A stretch of 64,000 nucleotides of DNA from Octopus sinensis (Eukaryota): assembly GCF_006345805.1 (NCBI RefSeq), contig NC_043007.1, forward strand, positions 73,780,001 through 73,844,000, in the 5' to 3' direction. The position numbers and the translations under genes are program-made. Numbering within the stretch: position 1 is the stretch's first letter; each line of letters begins with the position of its first letter. The notes under the pieces were generated by a model that was not told the DNA's origin, did no database searches, and was given only the letters and a program-made list of their open reading frames with translations. Shown piece after piece: positions 12,375 through 24,317 of the stretch.

Positions 12375-13984
12375 GAACATGATAGACGCTACAAAATAGT
12401 GAACCCAATTTTTGAATACGCAACCCACAGCACATGGTAAATCGTCGCCATACTACAGTCTTCAAGGTAATTTCTACATTACTCTACCAGTATCGCTGAT
12501 ATTCTAGTTTTAAAATAATTTCGTGTCTTCCGCGTCAAAGGGAAAAGTCAACTTATCACACCTGTTCTTTGTCATAATCATGAGTAACACTTCCATGCCA
12601 GCTTATTCTGGTGATGCAAAGCTATGGTTTGCACAGCTTGATTCTTACTTCACAGCACATGGTATACAAGTCGCTCAACAAAAGCTACACGAGCTTATTG
12701 GTTTAGTGGCATTCTCGCCATTTTAGCTGACGCCGTTAAAGATATCATCACAGATCTTCCACTAGGCATGACCTACGATTCTTTGAGAACAGAAGTGCTA
12801 CGCAGAAATTCTAAATCATCAGAAAGCCGTTCCTGTGCATTGTTACAGGATGAGAACCTGGGTGACAGAACTCCTTCGGAATTTCTTAGACGGGTCTGAA
12901 AACTCAGTAACGATACACCTGGGACAGTTTCTTCGTACAAAAAATTTTTTTTTCCCGCTTATCAACTAATGCACAGACGATATTGACGAATATGGTTGAC
13001 ACCAACACTATAAATCAAATCGCTTCATCTGCTGATAGGATAATGGAATTCTTTTACAGACCCACCGCGGCTGATTCGGTTAGTGCTTCATCTTCTCGAC
13101 AACAGCCTGATAATAAAAATGGAGACACCATGTTGAAGGCTATCGATGGTTTAACGCGCCAAATAGCTCAATTCTGTCGTGTTAGACGGTGTTCGCGAAG
13201 CAGCTCTTTCTCTTCTCGACGACGCAATAGTTTTTCAACCAACAATTCTCCGGTGTGTTGGTACTACGAACGTTTTCACGCACGTCATTGTAACAGGCCT
13301 TGTGCTTTTAAAGTGTCGGAAAACTGAATCTAGAGAGCTTGGGCACGTCAGATCTATCTCACAATTTTTCAGCTAATCTTGCTTTCTTCATTAGGGACCT
13401 AGTCCCAAAAAGGTCGTTCATGGTCTATACAGGATCAAGTTGCAGTATTTTGCCATTACGGTTCAGCTCTAACAAGCCACAGTTATCCAGTATTTCCTTA
13501 TATGCGGTGAACTAGTCGCTCATCAAAACCTACGGTCAGACATCTTTAACTATAGACCTTGCCTTGCGTCGTGATTTTAAATGGATTTTTGCCATCATCG
13601 ACCTGTCTCATCTTATCCTCGGAGCGGACTTCTTACACCACTATTCACTTCTGGTTGATGTCAGGAAACAGAGACTTGTGGATACTACCACATCTTTATC
13701 TACGCCTGTATGTGAGTCTACCGCTGGTATTCTCAGCCCATCATTTTTTGTAGCTGCTGCCACTAACCAGTTCCATACTCTTCTTGCCCTGTTTCCCGAG
13801 TTAACGGATCTCTCATTTAAGCCTACCCAGACATTCCACTCGACTCAACAGTTTATTACAACAACTGGTCTATCCGTTTTCTCTCGTCCACGTAGATTAG
13901 CACCAGACAGGCTCAAGAAAGCCCGCGCTGAATTCGAGCACATGTTCCAGCTCGGTCTTATACGTCCTTCTGCTAGCCCTTGGA

Positions 13985-14330
13985 CTAAAGAGCGAATGTA
14001 AAAGGTTTATGATCTGTGAATACCGTGAACTTCCGACCTTCTAGAAGATGGCGGAAGTGTCTCACAGCAAAATAAACTACTAAGAGCTCTCTGTCAAAAG
14101 TACTGTAACGGTGTTCTGCTGGTTTGAGTTGACTTGAGAAAACGGCCAGTGGTTGATATTTCTGATTGATCATGTGTTCTAAAACGGCGCCGACAGCTAT
14201 CGTGTTTCGTGTTTGCAGTTGGATGAGCGACAAAGGAAACTTTAGATAATTCAGACTTTACGGAGTCGATAGCTTGCAAGGCGTCAACAGAAAGGGAAGT
14301 AGATGTGTCTTTCTACTAGCCCTTGGGCAT
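13985..14330 (-). pseudogene. Inverted Gypsy RNase H fragment inside the LTR element
   Basis: AVGAVLEH...QPLAVFSSQLKPAEHRYSTFDRELL...FRHLLEGRKFTVFTDHKP on the strand opposite gag/pro. Confidence 0.9.
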
Positions 14331-15024
14331 CCCTGCTACACTTAGCTCGGAAGGGTGAAGCGGATTTAAGACCCGTTGGTGATTACAAACCTTTTCCTTC
14401 AATTAACCTTATATATTAACGCAATACATCCAGTAATAAATATGTTATGACTTATTACTTACGTCTTACAAATTCTCATTTTCTTACAAGATGGTGACCC
14501 CTCTTTCTTGCATGCAATTATAAAAATTATAGGATGTCTCTTACTGACAATCACTATAGACACTTTGTCAGTGATAGCGGAATAATTCGAACTTCTCTTC
14601 GTATCATAAGCTTTGATACTTGAAACATCAGCCATGTTTCTCGCAGCAAATGTGACCCACTGTATGTGAGCATCTAACTGATATTTCAGTTTTTCTCATA
14701 GTGAAGGGATATACTGGGACCAGAGCTATAAAAGTTCCTGAAATTTTCCATGGTTAATATCGGAGCCTCACCTGAGTTACTGTGGTCTTTAGCCAATGTC
14801 GTCGTTGTGCTATGTTTTGTTGGGTAAAAAACATTTTGAATTTAAACTATAATTTTCAAGTACTCTCGCTCCGGTGTCACTCGCTGTTTGTGTATGGTAT
14901 TTAATTGTTCTACAACAACGTTTTGTGCGTTTATATTCCCTTATCATCGTGGCTCGTTGATCACAAGCATACTTAGTGAACTGGTTTGCCCTTTCAAGTC
15001 TTCAAAAATGAAAAAAAATTTAAG

Positions 15025-15420
15025 TGGCTGTTTGGTAAGTAGCTTGCTAACCAACCACATGGTTCCGGGTTCAGTCCCACTGCGTGGCATCTTGGGCAAG
15101 TGTCTTCTGCTATAGCCCCGGGCTGACCAATGCCTTGTGAGTGGATTTGGTAGACGGAAACTGAAAGAAGCCTGTCGTATATATGTATATATATATGCAT
15201 GTGTGTGTGTGTTTCTGTGTCTGTGTTTGTCCCTCTAGCATTGCTTGACAACCGATGCTTGTGTGTTTACGTCCCCGTCACTTAGCGGTTCGGCAAAAGA
15301 AACCGATAGAATAAGTTCTGGGCTTACAAAGAATAAGTCCCGGGGTCGATTTAAAGGCGGTGTTCCAGCATGGCCGCAGTCAAATGACTGAAACAAGTAA
15401 AAGAGTAAAAGAGTAAAGAG
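15025..15420 (+). mobile_element. SINE family B
   Basis: Same head, CORE-like motif and tail as 526-885. Confidence 0.9.
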
Positions 15421-15924
15421 TAATGTCCGAACAATTTGCAGGGTTACATGAAGCCTGGCATTCATCAGTGTCATAGGTAAACCAAGGATAAAGTTGAAAC
15501 CCGGAAATTACTGAATGAAAACTCCGCGGTATAGCTACAGCGTGTGAATCACGTGGAGAAGCACTTGAGCTTGTGCCTTCTGGATCTCGAAGCCTATACA
15601 GACTTACACAGCAGACTCAAGCATGCCGCCTTCAAAAAAGCGTCGCTCAGGACACCACCCAACCCTTCTCCCCAACTATGTGACTGACTAAACTCCTTAC
15701 AACATTTCATTGCTTTGGTCCAATTTCAGTGACATCGTGCTCTGGGGCCAGCAGAAGTAGTGGTGACTTGTGGGTTGTATTTACGTCATAATTTTCGTCA
15801 CTGGCACTATTTTCAGATTTTAGAGCCTCAGAGCTCGTTAAAATTTGTTTGTTTTTTTACATAATATGCATGGTTATTTCAACCATTCTCCGGTGATATG
15901 AAACAGCTGTAAAGATAAAACTTG

Positions 15925-16348
15925 GGCAATCTTTCGTCTCTAGTAGACCTTTCCGTCGATTTCTGTAAAAAATTTTTTTTTTTTACATATGGGCTTGCGG
16001 GAATTTTTGAAGTAATGAGAGCGAAAGAGACTAAGAGAAAGCGATTGTATGACGAGGGAAGTTCTTTTGAAGTTACCGTGCATGTGAAGCATTGATGTAC
16101 ATGTGTGTGTGTGTGTGTGTTTGATGGGGTGTGGGAGACAGACAGTATGTTGTGTAAGTGAAGTGCTTCTGTTAGTGTATGTGAAGAGACAGAGTAATGT
16201 GTGAAAGAAAGAGATAATTGAAATTTTTTACTCGGTGTATGTGTATATGTATGTATATTACTTCAAAAGTTCCCGCAAGCCCATATGTAAAAAAAAAAAA
16301 TTTTTTACGGAAATCGACGGAAAGGTCTACTAGAGACGAAAGATCGCC
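15925..16348. mobile_element. MITE with about 95-bp TIRs and 8-bp TSD (GG termini), copy 1
   Basis: GGCAATCTTTCGTCTCTAGTAGACC... / ...GGTCTACTAGAGACGAAAGATCGCC; TSD AAAACTTG at 15917-15924 and 16349-16356. Confidence 0.9.
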
Positions 16349-16700
16349 AAAACTTGATTACATCATGTAATTTGTATGTAGAACTTTTCATATAAATATA
16401 GTGGTTACTCGTGTCATCATTTGTCTGTCTTTCTATTTCCATAGAGGCTCTATTATAGTCGTTTTTATTGCCGACATTCTACCTCTACAGGAAGCCTGAT
16501 GGGAAAGTTCGATTCGATTTCTTTCTCAATTAGCACTACTTTGTGAGACTATTTGTAGCATGATTACACTTTATAACCCATTCTTTACACACACACACAC
16601 ACACACACACATTTATATATACGCACGCACACACACGTACACAATGTATGTATGCATGTATGTGCAAACACATTCATTTGTGTGTGTATACATATATGTG

Positions 16701-16731
<31 letters not shown>

Positions 16732-16736
16732 ATATA

Positions 16737-16823
<87 letters not shown>

Positions 16824-17198
16824 GAGTCTGAGTCGCTGACCATGGGATTGCACCTAGAAAGTTACCCTCCCAGGGACAAGTCGGGGCAAGGTTGTTTATG
16901 GAAGACATATATATATATATATAATATATATATATATATACACATATTTTTTTTTTAAGGTGTGATCTAAAACAAAGATATGATTTTCTTTACATGTTAT
17001 TTGTTGTTGTTAGATACTCTGAAATTTTTTAAATTCTACAAAAGGATTATTGGATTTATCTGCCATGCATGAAGATTCACCTGAGATCTGTATTCTACTT
17101 ACATTTACTGGTATCTACATGTTGGAAATTTAACCTTATTCCTTTATACTGAGTGCTTAATTGACATCTGCCAGGATATTTTAATTCCATTTTTCCTT

Positions 17199-17270
<72 letters not shown>

Positions 17271-17380
17271 ATAAAACTTACTTGGAAAAGGATGCGTGGC
17301 GTTGATCATATAATATATATATCTTCAGATATACATACATACACACAAATACATATAAATTTTATATATATATATGATAT

Positions 17381-17415
<35 letters not shown>

Positions 17416-17444
17416 TATAATATATTTATATATATATATATATA

Positions 17445-17482
<38 letters not shown>

Positions 17483-17617
17483 TATTTTAGCTGATGGTAC
17501 GGGACACTTTTATCTGCTGCAATTTTTGCAACTTGTAATAAAGCCTGTCTTTGTATGAAACAATTGTACTAAAAACTAATCCATTCTTGTTGCTTCTTTC
17601 TCGTATATATAGATATA

Positions 17618-17702
<85 letters not shown>

Positions 17703-17718
17703 TATATATATATATATC

Positions 17719-17750
<32 letters not shown>

Positions 17751-17821
17751 TTTGGGTGTGTGTGGGTTTGTGCTTGTGTGGTGTGTGTGTGTGTGTGTGT
17801 TGGTGTGTGTTGTGTGTAAAA

Positions 17822-17968
17822 ATACAAAATGGGACAAGAACGCAAAAACATCCGGATGCGAGGATAATCTGCTGCTTGACAGAAGAAAGAAAACTTCGAA
17901 TGACCCGTCCTTGTCTCTTTTTGTATCACTTTTGTCCGGATGTTTTGCGTTCTTGTCCCATTTTGTAT
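17822..17968. mobile_element. About 150-bp element with 34-bp terminal inverted repeats (also 18843-18992; relatives at 31565, 35187, 38345)
   Basis: ATACAAAATGGGACAAGAACGCAAAA(A)CATCCGGA ... TCCGGATGTTTTGCGTTCTTGTCCCATTTTGTAT. Confidence 0.75.
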
Positions 17969-17973
17969 ATATA

Positions 17974-18049
<76 letters not shown>

Positions 18050-18106
18050 TTATTTAACCTCTAATTGAACGTTTATTTATATATACATACACACAAATAT
18101 ATATTA

Positions 18107-18300
18107 TATATTCTTTACTACCCACAAGGGGCCAAACACAGAGGGGACAAACAAGGACAGACAAAGGGATTAAGTCGATCCAACGACCCCAGTGCGTAAC
18201 TGTTACTTATTTATCGAACCCGAAAGGATGGAAGGCAAGTCGACCTCGGCGGAATTTGAACTCAGAACGTAACGGCAGACGAAATACGGCTTCGCATTTC
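18107..18300 (-). mobile_element. SINE family A, 5'-truncated (duplicate at 19110-19305)
   Basis: Reverse match to the family A tail and central domain. Confidence 0.85.
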
Positions 18301-18695
18301 ACCAATATATTTATATTGGTGCCTTGTTGTACCACTACACACACACACACACACACACACTCTCTCTCTCTCTCTCACATATATGGGTGTGTGTGTGTGT
18401 ATGCGTGTGTGTGGTGTGTGTGTGTGTGTTTGTATGTATACGTACATTCACACGCACCCCACGCAATATATATATTTATATATACATATATATACATACA
18501 TACACACACATACATATAATTTTTATATATATATATATATCCTATATATATATATTATATATATATATATATAAGTATTTTAGCTGATGAGTATGGGACA
18601 CTTTTATCTGCTGCATTTTGCAACTTGTAATAAAGCCTGTCTTTGTATGAAACAATTGTACTAAAAACTAATCCATTCTTGTTGCTTCTTTCTCG

Positions 18696-18726
<31 letters not shown>

Positions 18727-18751
18727 ATATTATATATATATATATATATCA

Positions 18752-18783
<32 letters not shown>

Positions 18784-18992
18784 CTGTGTGTGTTTGGGTG
18801 TGTGTGTGGTGTGTGTGTGTGTGTGTGTGTGTGTGGTGTAAAAATACAAAATGGGACAAGAACGCAAAAACATCCGGATTGCGAGGATAATCTGCTGCTT
18901 GACAGAAGAAAGAAAACTTCGAATGACCCGTCCTTGTCTCTTTTTGTATCACTTAGTTGTCCGGATGTTTTGCGTTCTTGTCCCATTTTGTA

Positions 18993-19047
<55 letters not shown>

Positions 19048-19803
19048 TTATTTAACCTCTAATTGAACGTTTATTTATATATACACAACACACAAATATA
19101 TATTTATATATTTCTTTACTACCCACAAGGGGCCAAACACAGAGGGGACAAACAAGGACAGACAAAGGGATTAAGTCGATTCCAACGACCCCAGTGCGTA
19201 ACTGGTACTTAATTTATCGACCCCGAAAGGATGAAAGGCAAAGTCGACCTCGGCGGAATTTGAACTCAGAACGTAACGGCAGACGAAATACGGCTACGCA
19301 TTTCACCAATATATTTATATTGGTGCCTTGTTGTACCACTACACACACACACACACACACACACTCTCTCTCTCTCTCTCACATATATGTGGTGTGTGTG
19401 TGTATGCGTGTGTGTGTGTGTGTGTGTGTGTTTGTATGTATACGTACACTTACACGCACCCCACGCATATATATATATTTATATATACATATATATACAT
19501 ACATAAACATACACACACACACACACACACACGAATATATTTATATATATATTATATATATATATATTTATGTATGTGTTTTGTATGTAAGCACATGAAT
19601 ATACACATACTTACTTTTACACAGATATATTCTTATATTGTTGGATGGACGTCACAAAGTAATCCTCTCCCATTATAACAAATCTTTATGAACGACGTTC
19701 TTTGTCTTCTCTTGTAGAGCAGCGACATTAGTCTTTTGTGCTCCGAACTGTAGACAAACACGAGAGCTTATCAACAAACAGCTGATTTTGCACGAGGTGT
19801 TTG

Positions 19804-20278
19804 GGCAGGGCAATCTTTCGTCTCTAGTAGACCTTTCCATCGATTTCCGTAAAATTTTTTTTTTTTTTTACATATGGGCTTGCGGGAACTTTTGAAGTAA
19901 TGAGAGCGAAAGAGACTAAGAGAAAGCGATTGTATGACGAGGGAAATTCTTTTGAAGTTACCGTGCATGGGAAGCATTGATGTACATGTGTGTGTGTGTG
20001 TGTGCGTGTGTGTGGTGTGTGCGTGTGTGTGTGTGTGCGTGTGTGTGTGGTGGTTGGATGGGGGTGGGAGACAGACAGTATGTTGTGTAAGTGAAGTGCT
20101 TCTGTAGTGTGTGTGAAGAGACAGAGTAATGTGTGAAGAAAGAGAAACTGAAATTTTTTACTCGGTGTATGTGTATATGTATGTATATACTTCAAAAGTT
20201 CCCTCAAGCCCATATGTAAAAAAAAAAAAATTTTTTACGGAAATCGACGGAAAGGTCTACTAGAGACGAAAGATCGCC
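19804..20278. mobile_element. MITE with about 95-bp TIRs and 8-bp TSD, copy 2
   Basis: Same TIRs and interior as 15925-16348; TSD GGTGTTTG at 19796-19803 and 20279-20286; extra GGCAG at the left end. Confidence 0.9.
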
Positions 20279-20460
20279 GGTGTTTGATCAGTGATTGAAG
20301 AACAAGTTGAAGAATAAGTTGCTGTACATGTTTGAAAATTCTTTGACTGATATTAGAGAATCGATTTCATCCGTTACCAAACTAAAGGCTATCCCGTCAT
20401 TGAACACAACCATCACTATATCACGTAGATGGCGTTCGCTTAAACCAATAAGAGTGTTAA

Positions 20461-20693
20461 GGCGGTGAGCTGGCAGAAACGTTAGCACGCCGGGCGAAAT
20501 GCGTAGCCGTATTTCGTCTGCCATTACGTTCTGGGTTCAAATTCCGCCGAGGTCGACTTTGCCTTTCATCCTTTCGGGGTCGATAAATTAAGTACCAGTT
20601 ACGCACTGGGGTCGATATAATCGACTTAATCCGTTTGTCTGTCCTTGTTTGTCCTCTCTGTGTTTAGCCCCTTGTGGGTAGTAAAGAAATAGG
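20461..20693 (+). mobile_element. SINE family A, near-intact copy
   Basis: GGCGGTGAGCTGGCAGAAACG...GGGTTCAAATTCC...GTAGTAAAGAAATAGG; CpGs retained. Confidence 0.95.
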
Positions 20694-20899
20694 TCTGTAA
20701 AAACTGTTTTAGAACCCCCAACAGAACATCAAACTATCCATTCCAGATATTCAACCTCCCTGAAGCTACCTACTCTAATATACCCAAGAAATGATACCCA
20801 AACTTTTCTTCTTGGGAACTTGAATGCTCCACATTTGTGCCATGGTACCATGGTAGTTAAATAACTTCACTGTTCCTGTTTACCCGATCAAGAGAACAG

Positions 20900-21140
20900 T
20901 CTGCACTTGAAATTAACGTGCAAGTGGCTGAGTACACCACAGACACGCGTAATCTTAACTTAGTTTTCAGGCAGATTTAGTGTGACACAAGATGTGACAA
21001 GGCTGGTACAGCTCATTTTTGCCAGCTGAATGGAGTGGAGCAACGTAAAGTGAAGTGTCTTGCTCAAGGACACCATGCACTACCAGGTTTCGAACGCACG
21101 ACCTTACAATCGTGGACCGAATACCCAATCCACTAAACCT
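20900..21140 (-). mobile_element. SINE family D (tRNA head plus CORE-like motif); degenerate relative at 38990-39150
   Basis: Minus strand: TTTAGTGGATTGGG A-box-like, GCGTTCGAAACC B-box, GTGTCCTTGAGCAAGACACTT CORE-like motif. Confidence 0.7.
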
Positions 21141-21329
21141 TTACGGTAGTTTAATAAATGATGTCACATCTTATTGAAGCTACAAAATTGACAGGCTGTG
21201 CTAATGGTGAGTCACAAGAATTTCAAAAACATTCCCCTGAAATCTCCATTTGAAATTAAAAACTGCTGCCCTCTGTCAGTAAATGCATTCTCATATCAAT
21301 CTACTAATCTCAGAAGCAAATATTAAATG

Positions 21330-21545
21330 TGATTGGATTACAAGAAGAAAGAACCGCAAAACGGATTCTTCAAGAGTAGACCAAGAATGAGATGGTTGGA
21401 CAATATCCATAGACTCAGTTGGTCATGCCTGGGAATCCAGGCGGAAAGTGTAGTGATGGTTGCTTCTGATAGGACCCTATGGATGAGGTGTCTGAAGGCT
21501 CTACCTCCGAGACCCCCCCAGGAACAGTGGATAGATAATGAATGG
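21330..21545 (+). mobile_element. RTE-type LINE C-terminal fragment
   Basis: SRPRMRWLDNI...WSCLGI...VASDRTLW..., typical of the RTE ORF end. Confidence 0.65.
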
Positions 21546-21696
21546 ATAAATGGATGGATTACTGCTTGAGGATTTAATCTCTCATTGTCAATGTCATTGC
21601 ATCACAAGCCAGAGGACAAAAATGACCCGTCTCTATACTCTGTAGGGGGGAAAAAAGGAGCATTGTTTATGAAGCTTTGATATGTAGCGAATCTTG

Positions 21697-22370
21697 GATG
21701 CATGAAGTGGATTCGATCCACCACAGCCAAATTTAAATTAACACTGCTACAGAACTTTCCCCTCGGTGGAACAATGGTTTTTCTCTGACAGTAGTTTAAC
21801 ATTTTCCAGATTCCTTTAGCTAGGCCGAAATAATGTCTTCACCACTTGACCCTTTCTAAGCTCTTCTACTTCACCAAAAGCTAGAATTGAGATAACAAGA
21901 CCACCAACTAAATCTATTGTTCTCAATGATGTATCTATCCTTCTGGATCTTTATATAAGCAAGCACACCCCAAGCAAAAATCAGTTCGTCCCAATCGTGA
22001 CGACTCAACGGAGTTAGTCACAGCTGGTGACGACTCGACGAAGTCTGGCTGACCGGCTAGAACCTTGGCCAGGGGAAGAAAGCAACTGTGAGACAACACC
22101 CTACAATTCTCTCTAGCTGTAATTCTGTTCTCTTACAACATCATTCTATCTGTCTCCGCAATTACTACTAAACAATGAAGAGAACACAAACTTTATTTCG
22201 CATGCTTTTGGATGTTTCAATACCTGCCCGTCGAGGCAAGGCAAATTGTAACGTAACGGTAAATAAATACTTTCTTAAAACTTCATGCATTGTTCATCTT
22301 TAACATCTTACATCATGCAACTATAATAAAAAAATTTTATTGTCACACCAGCTGATTATCAACATATTAT
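21697..22370. repeat. Unclassified dispersed repeat, copy 2
   Basis: Colinear with 4735-5480. Confidence 0.85.
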
Positions 22371-22932
22371 ATTGTTTACCAAATCAATCTAAACTGTTAC
22401 AGATATAAAGTAAATAAATTAATCTCGCTCGAACGACGGAAAGACAAAACAGACGGGAAAAGAAGAAAAGAAGGAAGGAGAAAAGAAAAAAGCAACAAAA
22501 AAATGCAAAAGCTACACTCGAATAGGATAGAATAGAAAACAGTAAATCCATTTGGTTTCACGTCCAGGTTGGAGCAATCCGATTCCATGTACGTTTCCGG
22601 CAAGCTCTTAAACAAACTATAGCTTTCATCTCAACAGTGGCTAAAATACATTGTAATGCAATTTCATACTGTGTTTGTGCGTATACCCTTGGGCCGCCAT
22701 CCTCAAACCAAACTGGCTAAACGACTTTCTATTTTATTTTTCTTTTATTTTAAACACACTCATGTGCGGACATGTATTTGTCAAGATACATATTTATATT
22801 TATATCTATATCTATATTTATATTTTGGAGTACTCACATACACACGCACACACACACACACGCACGCACGCACGTACACACACATACACACACATACACA
22901 CACATACACACACATACACACAAAACAAACAC

Positions 22933-23342
22933 GGGATTTTTTCCTTTTGAACGGCACATGTCAACACAATCTCTAATTAACTAAACTCTTTAAAACTTTC
23001 GTTTTAGCCTTCGGTTTTTTTTTTTACACGCGTAACAATTAAATTAATTTAGCAATTAAGAAAACAAAATTTAGGGTTAGGGTTAGGGTGAGGTTTAGGA
23101 TTAGTGACAGGATGTTGTCTCAGTTTTAGACGCAGCAAATGATTTTAGCTCAATTAGAGGCGATTCATTGGTTAAAATTCGAAAAATTAAACTACGTTAA
23201 ACAAACGAATTACAATTTTATCAAGAAAGCCAAGAGAAAAAAAAATGTTTATTTTGACACATTCTACCAGTATACGAAGTTTTAAAGTGTGTAGTTAACT
23301 AGAAATTGTGTTGACATGTGCCGTTCAAAAGGAAAAGATCCC
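22933..23342. mobile_element. 410-bp MITE with about 70-bp TIRs and internal TTAGGG repeats
   Basis: GGGAT(T/C)TTTTCCTTTTGAACGGCACATGTCAACACAAT at both ends, inverted; TTAGGGTTAGGGTTAGGG near 23072; flanks AAACAC/AAACAT. Confidence 0.85.
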
Positions 23343-23701
23343 AAACATGTATATATTGACGGATTTCTTGCTGCGATTGACTAAGCGAGAAAGAAAGAGT
23401 AAAGCATAAAAGAATATCTTATTTACCTAAATTTTAACACCCATCTTCTTTGAAATAGTCTCCTTACGCAGCAATACACTGGTCCCAGCGTTCCTGTCGC
23501 TTTTGGAATCTGGCTTGGAAGTCATTTTCCGTAAACGAGTCGAGGGACTTTCTGCCATTCGTTCTGGATCTCGACAACGGTGTTAAAACGGCAACTTTTG
23601 AGCTGCATTTTCGTCTTGGGGGAAGAGATAGAAGTTCGTAAATCTAGCAAATAGGGCAGGTGCGGAATCGGTACCATGTTTTTGGCGAGAAACTCACGAG
23701 A

Positions 23702-24105
23702 GGCGTAGGAGTGGCTGTGTGGAAAGTAGCTTGCTTACGAACCACATGGTTCCGGGTTCAGTCCCACTGCGTGGCGTCTTGGGTAAGTGTCTTCTACTAT
23801 AGCCTCGGGCCGACCAAAGCCTTGCGAGTGGATTTAGTAGAAGGAAACTGAAAGAAGCCCGTCATATATAGGTATATATATATATATGTATGTGCGAGTT
23901 TATGTGTCTGTGTTTGTTCCCCAACATCGCTTGACAACAGATGGTGGTGTGTTTACGTCCCCGTAACTTAGCGGTTCGGCAAAAAAGAGACCGATAGAAT
24001 AAGTACTAGGCTTACAAAGAATAAGTCCTGGGATCGATTTGATCGACTAAAGGCGGTGCTCCAGCATGGCCACAGTCTCATGACTGAAACAAGTAAAAGA
24101 GTAAG
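23702..24105 (+). mobile_element. SINE family B, full length
   Basis: Intact head GGCGTAGGAGTGGCTGTG through the AAGTAAAAGAG tail. Confidence 0.95.
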
Positions 24106-24317
24106 ATAGAAAACCTTTCAATGCAGTGTCCTATCATGGCTGCAGTCTAATGACTGAAACAAGTAAAATATTAATTATGACCATTTATTAAACCTACACC
24201 TTATTAAATACCCACTTGCTCCAAAAGGCTGGCCTTCTGCGGAAATTTAAAACCATTCTTATTTTACTAATTAGTGCGTCTTTGCAACATCTACTGTAGT
24301 CCTCGTCTTTATAAGAT

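Larger units (their letters stand above)
11877..14558 (+). mobile_element. Ty3/Gypsy LTR retrotransposon, internally deleted and rearranged
   Basis: 5' LTR 11877-12354 (TGTAGTGA...TCACTATA); PBS at 12358; gag (LWFAQLD...NLGDRTPSEFL), protease-like VYTGSSCSILP, LILGADFL, RT start RPSASPW; partial 3' LTR 14396-14558 repeating about 12186-12354; 4-bp TSD GACG/GACA. Confidence 0.9.
17483..19520. repeat. Tandem duplication of about 1.1 kb (two copies, boundary near 18575)
   Basis: Unique spacers (AGTATTTTAGCTGATG...CTTTCTCG), a palindromic element, SINE A and flanks repeat in order; differences are mostly small indels. Confidence 0.9.

Noticed and set aside
17875-17912. Hammerhead in the 150-bp palindromic family (CAGAAGA/CTGAAGA...CTTCGAATGACCCGTC; also 35250, 38405)
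   Set aside because: GAAT instead of GAAA, no stem II after A9 and no consistent stem I.
20461-20545. Functional tRNA genes at SINE heads (also 23702, 49686, 54568)
   Set aside because: A/B boxes are present but there is no complete cloverleaf, and each runs into a repeated SINE body.
22575-22645. Minus-strand CTGTTGA...GAAACGTA motif
   Set aside because: Stem I does not pair next to the core; at most a degenerate Penelope terminus.
23072-23105. True telomere or chromosome fusion scar
   Set aside because: Only three perfect units, enclosed by MITE TIRs.
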